Assembly (NCBI GenBank): GCA_937899865.1
Contig: CALBRH010000033.1
Location: 1,873 to 65,872, forward strand
Source of the DNA: an uncultured euryarchaeote
GTDB lineage: Archaea; Thermoplasmatota; Poseidoniia; Poseidoniales; Poseidoniaceae
Direction: 5' to 3'
Length of the DNA stretch: 64,000 nt
Shown: piece by piece, positions 44,493 through 53,679 of the stretch
How the letters are laid out: each line of letters starts with the position of its first letter
Position numbering within the stretch: the stretch's first letter is position 1
Notes under the pieces: generated by a model
Told to the model about the DNA's origin: nothing
What the model saw: only the letters and a program-made list of their open reading frames with translations
Databases searched by the model: none
Translations under genes and position numbers: made by a program

Positions 44493-45476
44493 ATGCCAAT
44501 GCACCCCCATGCAAAGCCGAATTTTAGAAATCTATTTTGGTATCCGTTCAAGATTACTTTAATCACTGCATTGAGAACGTTCCCTATTTTTGGAAAGTGG
44601 TTTGGTAAGCGATTAGGTATGGGATATCATAATACTTCACATCCAGAATTTTTGGATGATGGTTCTAAAGCTAGAGCTAGTAAGAATAGTCAATTCAATG
44701 ACATTAGCCAGCAAGAATTTGCTCCAGACCGAGTAACTTCTGATTTGTTTCCTACACTTTGGAAGCCTCAAACTGTACAATATCCATATGAGAGATTAGA
44801 GGATATGGAGCCATGGTTATTCGTTCCAGGCAACTATAACGGCAGAATCGGTGTTATTTGGGAGACATGTACTGCTTGTAAGTTATGTGTAACCGCCTGT
44901 CCAAACGATTGCCTCCATATGACTACTGAGTTAAGAGTCGATGTACTTGATGGCGCTGATGGTGAACACGGTGGCCTTGGTAGTGAATTGGAAGTTGGCG
45001 GCTATGCCGCTCAATTGATTCCAGAGGTAGCAGAGACTCTTGATGATTTTAACCTTGTAACAGCACATTCCGATACCCCTGACCAGTGGCGATTTGCTGA
45101 AGTTTTGGATTTATCTGGCAATACTGCAACAGTTAGATGGAATGATTCTGGTATGGAACAAGATATTGAACAATCCGAACTATTCGTTGCTGACGATCAA
45201 ATCGTTTCTGGAAGAATTGACTTAGGTCGCTGTATGTTCTGTGGCCTTTGCATGGAGGCTTGTGGATTTACTTCTTTCTTCATGACTAACGAATATGATG
45301 GTATGTCAGGATTTACTCGTCAAGACTTGTGGTTTGATGCAAGTAGGACTCGAGTTTTGCCATCCGTTCACCAAGAAGCGGTTGATGCAGAGTTAGCCAA
45401 GCGTGCTAATAAGGAAAGAGATAAGCGTGCTAAGAAGGCTGCAAAGGCAAAAGCTGCTGCAGAGGAAGGTGCTTGA
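44493..45476 (+). CDS. nuoI: Complex I subunit I (2x[4Fe-4S] ferredoxin), greatly enlarged (327 aa)
   Basis: Cluster motifs CTACKLCVTACP (~44866-44905) and CMFCGLCMEAC (~45231-45263) are separated by ~105 aa. It also has an N-terminal extension and a Lys/Ala-rich tail. Confidence 0.9.
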   Translation: MPMHPHAKPNFRNLFWYPFKITLITALRTFPIFGKWFGKRLGMGYHNTSHPEFLDDGSKARASKNSQFNDISQQEFAPDRVTSDLFPTLWKPQTVQYPYERLEDMEPWLFVPGNYNGRIGVIWETCTACKLCVTACPNDCLHMTTELRVDVLDGADGEHGGLGSELEVGGYAAQLIPEVAETLDDFNLVTAHSDTPDQWRFAEVLDLSGNTATVRWNDSGMEQDIEQSELFVADDQIVSGRIDLGRCMFCGLCMEACGFTSFFMTNEYDGMSGFTRQDLWFDASRTRVLPSVHQEAVDAELAKRANKERDKRAKKAAKAKAAAEEGA

Positions 45477-45477
45477 G

Positions 45478-45753
45478 ATGGATGTTGCAGGTATTGTCGA
45501 AGCAGGAGTATTTTTCTTATTTGCCACGATTACCATTGGGGGCGCACTAGGGCTTATTTTAGCGCAAAGAGTTGCCCACTCAATGCTTTCACTAATCTTC
45601 TGTTTTATGGCAGTATCTGGAATTTTCATTCTTTTAGGAGCTGAATTTTTGGCTGCGATTCAAATCCTTGTTTATCTTGCTAGTGTAGGATTGGTTGTTT
45701 TGTTTGGTATTATGCTTACCAGAAGACAAATCTTGGAGGAGGATTTCGAATGA
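45478..45753 (+). CDS. nuoJ1: Complex I subunit J, N-terminal half
   Basis: Start set at MDVAGIVEAGVFF, 2 nt after the nuoI stop. Contains the FLAAIQILVYxxxV block. Confidence 0.8.
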   Translation: MDVAGIVEAGVFFLFATITIGGALGLILAQRVAHSMLSLIFCFMAVSGIFILLGAEFLAAIQILVYLASVGLVVLFGIMLTRRQILEEDFE

Positions 45754-46019
45754 AATTTGTTTCACTTGTTACTCGAATTGGCCTATTAGCACTGGCCATG
45801 ATACTAATTTCTGTACTCAGTGCTGAAGAGGTATGGGCTGATTCCAGTGATGAACAGCCTACGACCAATGGTTTAGCAGATTCATTACTCAATGATTGGG
45901 CATTGCCTTTACTATTTGTTGGAATTTTAATGGCAGCATCAATGATTGGCGCAGCGTACTTAATCCGTGACGAAAGGAGAGAAAATCTCCTTTGGGAATT
46001 TGGAGGTGAAGAAGAATGA
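45750..46019 (+). CDS. nuoJ2: Complex I subunit J, C-terminal half
   Basis: ATGA overlap with nuoJ1. The block LPLLFVGILMAASMIGAAYL is like the NuoJ C-terminal helix. Confidence 0.7.
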   Translation: MKFVSLVTRIGLLALAMILISVLSAEEVWADSSDEQPTTNGLADSLLNDWALPLLFVGILMAASMIGAAYLIRDERRENLLWEFGGEEE

Positions 46020-46318
46020 TAGATCCAGCATGGGTATCTGCACTTTCAGCAATATTGTTCATTATTGGTTTGGGTGGTGCTTTCACTAGAAAGAATGCCA
46101 TTATTGTACTAATGTGCATCGAATTGATGTTGAATGCGGCTAATATGCAATTTGCAGCAGCAGCAGTACATCATGGAGACCCAACTGGTTGGGTTTACAC
46201 AATCTTTGCCATTGCTATTGCTGCTAGTGAGGTGGCGATTGGATTAGCAATTTTCCTTGCCATGTATGGTAAGCATGAAACAATATCATTGGACGATGTT
46301 GACGTCCTGAGGAATTGA
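46016..46318 (+). CDS. nuoK: Complex I subunit K
   Basis: A 100-aa, three-TM protein with RKNAIIVLMCIELMLNAAN. Confidence 0.9.
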   Translation: MIDPAWVSALSAILFIIGLGGAFTRKNAIIVLMCIELMLNAANMQFAAAAVHHGDPTGWVYTIFAIAIAASEVAIGLAIFLAMYGKHETISLDDVDVLRN

Positions 46319-46324
46319 GGTGAG

Positions 46325-48598
46325 ATGATGGCGGGAACTGGTTCAAACGCTATAATCGATAGCGACATAATGCAATTTGCTCCGTTGATTATTCTTCTAC
46401 CAATGCTTGCTTTCCCAGTGATTTTGTTCCTGGGGCGAGTATTCAATCGTAATCCTTTCTGGAAAGACACCATGAAAGAAGGTGGAATAATTGCTCTGGT
46501 TGTGATGGCAGCAAGCTTGATTATCTCTTTACTACTCATCAAAGATCACATTGGAGGATTTGCTGGAATCAAAGACTCAGTAGATTTCCTTTGGCTAAAC
46601 TCAAGTGTTTACAATGGTGGAACATTGGAACCAATCAGTTTTGGTTTTGGTATTTACATTGACCACGTCACTGTAATGCTATTATTCGTTGCATCATTCC
46701 TATGTTTGTTAATCAATATATTCAGTATTGGTTACATGAATACTGACCCGATTAATGATAATCGCAATCATAGATTCTATGCTGAATTTGTACTATTTTG
46801 TTCAGGTATGCTAGGTATGGTCTTGGCTGATTCATTCCTTTGGCTATTCATCTTCTGGGAAATAATGGGTCTGTGTTCTTATCTATTGATTGGCTTCTAT
46901 TATGAGAAGCCAAGTGCAGCATATGCTGCAAAGAAAGCATTCTTGACCACCCGTGTTGGTGATGTGTTCTTGATGATTGGTCTAGTGATGATGTGGGATC
47001 TTTTCGGTTCGCTTGATTATGCAGTAGTATTCGATGAAGCAAATATTGCTGCAGTCGCAGCAGAATCCTCAGGAACCCTGCAATGGGCTCTAGGTATGAT
47101 GTTTATTGGTGCAGTTGGTAAATCTGCTCAATTCCCTCTTCACGTTTGGCTACCTGATGCAATGGAAGGTCCAACTCCGGTTTCAGCGCTAATTCACGCA
47201 GCTACAATGGTAAATGCAGGACTTTACTTGGTTGCAAGAATGTTCCCATTCTTTGGCGCAGAAGCTTTGCATAATGATTTAGTTGACCTTGCATTCATCA
47301 TTGCCTTAATTGGTGGTATTACTGCAGTTATGGCAGCAGCAATTGCCTTTGTTCAGCACGATTTAAAGAAGGTTCTAGCATACTCTACAATGAGTCAGCT
47401 AGCATACATTTTCACTGGCCTAGGATGTGCCATGTTCTTGGCAAATACCCTAGACTGGCACAACGACGATGGAGCACATTACATCGTTATAGTAGCATTT
47501 GGAGCAGCGCTATTCCATCTGTTTAATCACGCAATGGCCAAAGGTATGCTGTTCATGGCAAGTGGTTCGGTAATTCATGAGGTTCATCATGCTCATCATC
47601 ATCTACATCATCATGATCATCACGATGATGAGCATCACGGCCATGATGACCATCATGACGATGAATTTGATGCACAATCAATGGAAAACATGGGTGGCTT
47701 AGCATCTAAGATGCCATTAACCGCAACAGCGATGCTAGTTGGTTCTGCCTCAATAATGGGGCTTCCATTCATTGGTGGATTCTGGTCAAAAGAAGGAATT
47801 ATTGCTAATGCTTGGAGAGTTGCTTTAGAAGACCCACGATTTTTCATTCCAGCAATTTGTGTCTTAGTAGGTGCTGGTATGACTGGCTTTTACATGTCAA
47901 GAATGTGGTTGAAGACCTTTGCTGGTAAGCCAAAGACCGAAGTTGCAGCCCATGTTGGACCAACAAATACATGGATCAAAATACCATTATTTGTCTTAAC
48001 ATTCGTTTCACTTTCAGCAGTGCTATTCGCAGGTATGGGCTTTACTCATTGGGCACCAGATAGTGAATATGGCTTGATGTCAGAAAAGAGTCTAATCGAT
48101 GGAATACTCTATGAAATGAATCATGCGTTTGCAAATAGTGATGCCTTCTTCTTCATCCTAACCTATATTGCAATTGCTATTGGAGCAATATTGGGTCCAG
48201 GTATTGCTCTGTCATTGTATGGTGGTAGGCTTGCAGAAGGTGAAAAAGTTAAACCGTGGATGAAGCCAATAATTAGACTAAATACCTGGGTATTTGACCG
48301 GTTCCACTTTGATAATAAATCTGTAGCAAACTCAGGCTTATCCAAAGCATTAGAAAATCGATTGTACTTTGATCACTACTATGACATGGCAATGCTGAAA
48401 CTAGTTGCAGGTTTCTCAGACAAGTCTGCAGAGACTGATAAGAATGTGATTGACGGTGTAATCAAGAAGATTGAATCCGGTAGTCAATCAATTTCGAAGG
48501 TGGTACGTTCTATGACTACTGGTTCAGCTCGGGATTATATTTTGATGGTCTCAGTTGGAGCCATAGTGATTTTCTTCCTATTGTGGGGGGTGGCTTGA
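46325..48598 (+). CDS. nuoL: Complex I subunit L (antiporter-like) with a His/Asp-rich loop
   Basis: Motifs WEIMGLCSYLLIGF, GKSAQFPLHVWLPDAMEGPTPVSALIHAATMV and MGGL. The extra loop is at 47575-47668. Confidence 0.95.
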   Translation: MMAGTGSNAIIDSDIMQFAPLIILLPMLAFPVILFLGRVFNRNPFWKDTMKEGGIIALVVMAASLIISLLLIKDHIGGFAGIKDSVDFLWLNSSVYNGGTLEPISFGFGIYIDHVTVMLLFVASFLCLLINIFSIGYMNTDPINDNRNHRFYAEFVLFCSGMLGMVLADSFLWLFIFWEIMGLCSYLLIGFYYEKPSAAYAAKKAFLTTRVGDVFLMIGLVMMWDLFGSLDYAVVFDEANIAAVAAESSGTLQWALGMMFIGAVGKSAQFPLHVWLPDAMEGPTPVSALIHAATMVNAGLYLVARMFPFFGAEALHNDLVDLAFIIALIGGITAVMAAAIAFVQHDLKKVLAYSTMSQLAYIFTGLGCAMFLANTLDWHNDDGAHYIVIVAFGAALFHLFNHAMAKGMLFMASGSVIHEVHHAHHHLHHHDHHDDEHHGHDDHHDDEFDAQSMENMGGLASKMPLTATAMLVGSASIMGLPFIGGFWSKEGIIANAWRVALEDPRFFIPAICVLVGAGMTGFYMSRMWLKTFAGKPKTEVAAHVGPTNTWIKIPLFVLTFVSLSAVLFAGMGFTHWAPDSEYGLMSEKSLIDGILYEMNHAFANSDAFFFILTYIAIAIGAILGPGIALSLYGGRLAEGEKVKPWMKPIIRLNTWVFDRFHFDNKSVANSGLSKALENRLYFDHYYDMAMLKLVAGFSDKSAETDKNVIDGVIKKIESGSQSISKVVRSMTTGSARDYILMVSVGAIVIFFLLWGVA

Positions 48599-50227
48599 TT
48601 GATTGACTGGATTTCTATACCACTTGTTGCATTCCCAATAATTGCTAGCATGATATTATTGGCATTCGTCTCTAATGGGACAGAAAGAATGCGTGAGCGT
48701 TTAGGTAGACCAATTAGAATGACTTGCTTGATATTTTCTTTGGTTATGCTAGTAATTACTACAGGGATGTTTTTCCAATACTTTGGTGATGTAAGTTGGA
48801 TGAATATTGCATTCAATGAATACGAATATCAAACCAAGTATTCTTGGATTGAGAGCCTAGGAATTAATTGGGCAGTCGGATTAGATGCTCTATCATTCCC
48901 AATGGTTTGGTTGACCACTTTCTTATTACCGGTTACCATTATTGCTACTTGGAATGAGAAGAGCGGTGCAACCTATTTCCCGCTACTATTGCTGATGGGC
49001 GGTGCCCTGATTGGTGTATTCGTTTCTTTGGATCTATTCATGTTCTACGTATTTTGGGAATTAACATTAATCCCAATGTTCTTCCTAATTCTAAAGTGGG
49101 GTGGCAAAGATAGAAAGTATGCATCTCAAAAATTCTTCATTTACACATTTACTGCATCGGTAGTAATGTTACTTGGTCTGATTACTCTATATTTCTTACA
49201 AGACCCATATTCACTACCATCAGCAGGTACAATGACAGGTCGAAGTTTCTCAATTCCTGAATTAATTGATAGTGCTAGAGCTAGTAATGTTGGAGATAAT
49301 TGGTATCTCGGCGAACAAATGCAGAAGATACTATTCGTTATGCTAATGATTGGTTTCTTGGTAAAATTGCCTGCAGTACCATTCCATACTTGGTTGCCTG
49401 ATGCTCACGTTCAAGCACCAACAGGTGGTTCAATGCTACTTGCAGGTGTTATGCTAAAGATGGGCGCATATGGAATGTTTAGACTACCAATCAGCTTGTT
49501 CCCACATGCACTATATCACTTCCAGTTAGCATTGATGATAATCGGTATGATCTCTCTTGTTTGGGGGGCAATTGTGTGTCTAGGTCAAACCAATCTAAAG
49601 AAAATGGTTGCTTATTCATCAGTTTCTCACATGGGTGTAATCCTAATTGGTATTGCCACTATGCAACCGATGGGTTGGGCAGCAGCACTATTCATGATGT
49701 TCGCTCACGGAATCATCAGCCCAATGTTATTCGCAGTTTGTGGTGCATTCAAGCATCACTACCATAGCATGGAAATTGGAGCAATGCGAGGAATGGCAAA
49801 GCATTCACCATGGCTTGCAACCTCGATGATGTTCGCTTGGATGGCATCTTTAGGATTGCCATTATTGGCTGGATTCGTTGCAGAAATAATGATGCTTATT
49901 GCACTATGGCATATGATTTCTTTAGATGGCTGGAGTATATGGTGGATGGTAGGTCCAGCATTAGTTCTTGCACTTACAGCAGCATATTATCTATGGTCAA
50001 TGCAGAGAACCATTTTCGAAGGTGGCGAAGCAGGACAACCACCAGCAAATATGGTAGGTCACCCAATTCCTGATATTTCAAATTCAGAGAAATTCGCCAT
50101 GCTAATTATGGCATTCTTCACCATTTTATTCGGCATAATGCCGTGGATTGGACTAGATATGATGGATGATTGGACTAAACAAATATTCGATGGATTGATT
50201 GTTTTTGTCGGCAAGGGAGGTGCTTGA
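48599..50227 (+). CDS. nuoM: Complex I subunit M
   Basis: Motifs FYVFWELTLIPMFFLI, KLPAVPFHTWLPDAHVQAPTGGSMLLAGVMLKMG and KKMVAYSSVSHMG. The TTG start immediately follows the nuoL stop. Confidence 0.9.
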   Translation: MIDWISIPLVAFPIIASMILLAFVSNGTERMRERLGRPIRMTCLIFSLVMLVITTGMFFQYFGDVSWMNIAFNEYEYQTKYSWIESLGINWAVGLDALSFPMVWLTTFLLPVTIIATWNEKSGATYFPLLLLMGGALIGVFVSLDLFMFYVFWELTLIPMFFLILKWGGKDRKYASQKFFIYTFTASVVMLLGLITLYFLQDPYSLPSAGTMTGRSFSIPELIDSARASNVGDNWYLGEQMQKILFVMLMIGFLVKLPAVPFHTWLPDAHVQAPTGGSMLLAGVMLKMGAYGMFRLPISLFPHALYHFQLALMIIGMISLVWGAIVCLGQTNLKKMVAYSSVSHMGVILIGIATMQPMGWAAALFMMFAHGIISPMLFAVCGAFKHHYHSMEIGAMRGMAKHSPWLATSMMFAWMASLGLPLLAGFVAEIMMLIALWHMISLDGWSIWWMVGPALVLALTAAYYLWSMQRTIFEGGEAGQPPANMVGHPIPDISNSEKFAMLIMAFFTILFGIMPWIGLDMMDDWTKQIFDGLIVFVGKGGA

Positions 50228-50228
50228 T

Positions 50229-51956
50229 ATGTCAGGAGTAGAAAATATTGAGCCTTTTGCTGATGGTTTTGTATCAGCACTATGTCCTGAATTAGTTCTC
50301 TTTGCTGGTTTAGTTCTGTTAATTATTATTCCAAACTTAGGCAAAGGTACAGTTAGAATTCCAGGAACCCAAACCAGAGTAATGTGGTTTTTAGGCGGTG
50401 ATCGATTCAAACTTACCAGTAATCCAAGGCTTCCAGCATGGATTGCTACTATTACTCTTGGTGCAGCTTTTGTTCTTACTATGTTGTCATTCCAAGATGG
50501 CGTAGATAGAACTGCAATAGTTACTGATACTGGCAAGCAATTGATGTTAGTTAATGGCTTCAGTCGAGTGTTCGAATTAATTTTCTTTGGTGCCCTCGCT
50601 CTCGCAGCATTTGCTTCAATGAACCGTCTTGAAGTTAGAGGCGTTGGTCCAAACCTTTCAACAAACGACCTTTACAATAACCGCAGACAAGCAGATTTCT
50701 ACATTTTGATGTTGACTTGTGCTCTTGGAATGTCAGTGGTTGCATTGGCACAGGATTTGTTTGTCTTGTTCATTGGATTGGAACTTGCATCATTCTCAAC
50801 TTATGTCTTGGTAGCATTCTACAAAGAAACCAAAGCTGGAACAGAAGCAGGTATGAAATATTTCATAGTAGGTTCTGTGGCTTCTGGTGTTGGATTGTAT
50901 GGTTTGTCAATGCTTTATTTGTGGGCAGGATCTTTACAATTTGATGTCTTAGCAAGTCAGTTTGTCATTAATGGAACAGACCCATTGCCACTTATTGGAA
51001 TCGGCTTTGTTTTAGTTGGTTTTGGTTTCAAGGTTAGTGCAGCTCCGTTCCATTTCGCAGCACCAGATGCTTACGCAGGTGCAAGTAGTCCAATCGCTGG
51101 AATTTTGGCAACTGCTAGTAAAGCGATGGGTATTATCGGTTTGCTGAGAATGTTGTTAATCGTAGCTGCACCAGAAGCCAGTGAAGACGGAACAGTTTGG
51201 CTAACTTTACTTGGAATCCTCTCATTAGTTACTATGACTTGGGGTAATATTGCAGCATTAGGTAGTACTAATCCAAAGCGAATGTTGGCTTATTCTTCTG
51301 TTGCTCATGCAGGTTACATGCTAGCGGCAATAACTGCAATTGGAGCATGGAATTGGGATGACTCTCTTGCAGGCGATGCAGGTGAATCAGCAGTTGCAGT
51401 TCTTACTGCGCTAATATTCCATCTTGTGGTTCTTGTTGCTTTCAAACTCGGGGCTTTCTTGGTTTTGTCTATTTTAGAATCAGATGGCGATGCATCTCGA
51501 CTCTCCTCATTAGGCGGTCTTGCTAAGCGAGAACCATTCCTTGCAGTTGCTATGTTTATCTTTATGATCTCATTAGCAGGTGTACCACCACTTGCTGGTT
51601 TCGTATCGAAACTTTTGGTTATCATGGGGATAGTTAAGGTAGCAATTGGTCAAATGGGTGCTGAGATTGTTGCAGGAGGAGACCTTGGATTAGCAGATGT
51701 ACATTGGGTTTGGTGGCTTGCTTTTGCCATGGTCATTAACTCTGCAATATCTATGTATTATTATTTGAGAATCGGCGTAGTCATGTTCTTTGAAGAGGCA
51801 GAAGAAGGAAGAAGCGGACCTTTACCTGTTGGCTGGCAAGTTAGATTCGCAATACTTGCTTGTTTGATGGCTACTCTGTTCATGGGTGTGGCAAGTGACA
51901 AGTTGCTAGAGATTTGTGAAGTTGCCGCACAAAGTTTGAATTATGGTTGGAATTAA
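50229..51956 (+). CDS. nuoN: Complex I subunit N
   Basis: Motifs FKVSAAPFHFAAPDAYAGASSPIAG and KRMLAYSSVAHAGY. Start set at the ATG after a GGGAGGTG site (the track start at 50199 overlaps nuoM). Confidence 0.9.
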   Translation: MSGVENIEPFADGFVSALCPELVLFAGLVLLIIIPNLGKGTVRIPGTQTRVMWFLGGDRFKLTSNPRLPAWIATITLGAAFVLTMLSFQDGVDRTAIVTDTGKQLMLVNGFSRVFELIFFGALALAAFASMNRLEVRGVGPNLSTNDLYNNRRQADFYILMLTCALGMSVVALAQDLFVLFIGLELASFSTYVLVAFYKETKAGTEAGMKYFIVGSVASGVGLYGLSMLYLWAGSLQFDVLASQFVINGTDPLPLIGIGFVLVGFGFKVSAAPFHFAAPDAYAGASSPIAGILATASKAMGIIGLLRMLLIVAAPEASEDGTVWLTLLGILSLVTMTWGNIAALGSTNPKRMLAYSSVAHAGYMLAAITAIGAWNWDDSLAGDAGESAVAVLTALIFHLVVLVAFKLGAFLVLSILESDGDASRLSSLGGLAKREPFLAVAMFIFMISLAGVPPLAGFVSKLLVIMGIVKVAIGQMGAEIVAGGDLGLADVHWVWWLAFAMVINSAISMYYYLRIGVVMFFEEAEEGRSGPLPVGWQVRFAILACLMATLFMGVASDKLLEICEVAAQSLNYGWN

Positions 51957-52016
51957 TGCCTTTTCAAGTAGTGAATTCAATAAGGGATGTCTATTAGGCC
52001 GCAATAGTGAGCCTCA

Positions 52017-52691
52017 ATGGGTAGAAGACACGAAGAGAAAGTCGATGTAGAAGAATTAGCCCGTCTGGAGAATCCAGAGGACGGTTCATCTGGTAAGATT
52101 CGTGTCAAGATGCCTAACCGTAGAATTAACGAAATGTTTGCTCTTGCAGACCAAATTCTTGGTGGGAGAAGAGTTTCTGTTTTGTGTGAAGATGGCGAGA
52201 CAAGGCTTGCTAGAATCCCTGGAAAAATGCGTCGTCGCCAATGGGTAAGAGAAGGAGATTTGATCATTGTATGGCCGTGGGATTTTCAAGATTCTAAAGC
52301 TGATGTTAAACACCGATATACCAAAACTCAAGCGATGTATCTATCTCGAAAAGGCGTACTTCCAGATGATGTCGATGTCTTTGGCATGAATGTAACTCAT
52401 GATGACGATGATGAGCATGACGATCTGTTTGGAGTAGTCGAAGAAGAAACCGATGATGTAGATGACATGTTTGGTGGCGAAGAAGACGAGGACGATGATG
52501 AAGTTGATGATATGTTTGCATCATCTGATGATGTTACAGAAGAAGCATCTGAAGAGGCAGCAGAAGAGGCTCCTGAAGAGACAGTAGAAGAAGTAGAAGA
52601 AGAGTTTGTTCCAGTTGAAGAATATCCCGATTCGGGCGATGATGATGACGATGATGACGATGATATTGACATTGATTCGTTGTTTGGGTGA
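52017..52691 (+). CDS. eif1a: Translation initiation factor aIF-1A with a ~105-aa poly-acidic C-terminal tail
   Basis: An S1/OB core (RVKMPNRRINEMFALADQILGGRRVSVLCEDGETRLARIPGKMRRRQWVREGDLIIVWPWDFQ) is followed by a D/E-rich tail from ~52368. Confidence 0.9.
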   Translation: MGRRHEEKVDVEELARLENPEDGSSGKIRVKMPNRRINEMFALADQILGGRRVSVLCEDGETRLARIPGKMRRRQWVREGDLIIVWPWDFQDSKADVKHRYTKTQAMYLSRKGVLPDDVDVFGMNVTHDDDDEHDDLFGVVEEETDDVDDMFGGEEDEDDDEVDDMFASSDDVTEEASEEAAEEAPEETVEEVEEEFVPVEEYPDSGDDDDDDDDDIDIDSLFG

Positions 52692-52712
52692 GACGAGACC
52701 CGAGGTGGTCGA

Positions 52713-53678
52713 TTGAAAGACCGTAGAGACGATTGGGACGAACTTGCAATCAACAAGAATCGTAATCGAAGAAAGTCTAAGCGTTCTAAATCAAAGCAAC
52801 CTAGTCAAGATGAAATCGATGATAGGGACTTTATCGAATCCTTAGAAACTTCTTCAGGCAAATATGATTGGATGAAAGAAAAGCGTTACAAGTCAATATT
52901 TCGAGATATTGAAAATAAGATTCAAGGAGCAATGGGTAAAGGTCCATTTGAATGGGTCGATAGACGAGTCTTTGATCAAGTATTTGACCGTCTAACATTG
53001 ATGTCATTATACAAACTGATGAAGAATGAAGTAATTGATACCGTTGATTTTCCAGTTGCTAGAGGTAAGGAAGCTCATGTATTTCATGGCACTGACCCAG
53101 AAGGCAAACCAGTCGCAATCAAAATTTTCCATACTTCAAATGCAGTATTCAAGAATTTGATGCAATATATCGAAGGTGACCAAAGATTTTCTGGATTACG
53201 TCGCAGACATCGAGATTTGGTTGACATTTGGGTAAGGAAAGAACAGAGAAATTTAGCACGTTTATCAAAATGGGGCTTGAGCGTTCCAAAACCATTAGGT
53301 TTGAATAAAAATGTCCTTGTCATGGAATATCTTGGAGATGAGACATCACCTTATCCGAAACTACGTGAAGTTGTAGTAGATAATCCGCAAGAAGTTTTTG
53401 ATGAATTATTAGAGTTCCTTGCAGTGTCTTGGCAAAAAGCCAACCTTGTACATGGTGATTTTTCACCATTCAATATTTTGTGGAGTGATAACGGTCCAAT
53501 TGTGATAGATGTTGGTCAAGCAGTTATTCAATCACATCCAAAGGCTCAAGAATTTTTGATACGAGATGTAACCAGATTGGTTGAATGGGCAAATAAAAAT
53601 GACATTGAAATAGAATTAGCCGAAGCAATGTATGAAGTTCTAAATATGGATTTGAGCCATGTCAAGGAAGAATTGTGA
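52713..53678 (+). CDS. rio1: RIO-type serine protein kinase (Rio1-like)
   Basis: Motifs ARGKEAHVF, AIKIF, VMEYLG and LVHGDFSPFNIL...IDVGQAV. The TTG start is preceded by a GAGGTGG site. Confidence 0.85.
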   Translation: MKDRRDDWDELAINKNRNRRKSKRSKSKQPSQDEIDDRDFIESLETSSGKYDWMKEKRYKSIFRDIENKIQGAMGKGPFEWVDRRVFDQVFDRLTLMSLYKLMKNEVIDTVDFPVARGKEAHVFHGTDPEGKPVAIKIFHTSNAVFKNLMQYIEGDQRFSGLRRRHRDLVDIWVRKEQRNLARLSKWGLSVPKPLGLNKNVLVMEYLGDETSPYPKLREVVVDNPQEVFDELLEFLAVSWQKANLVHGDFSPFNILWSDNGPIVIDVGQAVIQSHPKAQEFLIRDVTRLVEWANKNDIEIELAEAMYEVLNMDLSHVKEEL

Positions 53679-53679
53679 A

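Noticed and set aside
45403-45477. Long version of nuoJ1 starting inside nuoI
   Set aside because: It would overlap nuoI by 74 nt in another frame. The ATG at 45478 follows the nuoI stop by 2 nt and starts the hydrophobic NuoJ sequence.
40500-51625. Numerous 60-150-aa antisense or out-of-frame ORFs inside the nuo genes (e.g. 40500-40946, 46195-46542, 49561-49767, 50153-50536)
   Set aside because: All are embedded in strongly conserved nuo coding sequence on the plus strand. They are treated as spurious.
52397-52756. Ser-rich 119-aa minus-strand ORF, plus ORFs 52306-52524 and 52534-52749
   Set aside because: They are antisense shadows of the GAT/GAA-rich acidic tail of aIF-1A. Low-complexity reverse-complement reading frames stay open by composition alone.
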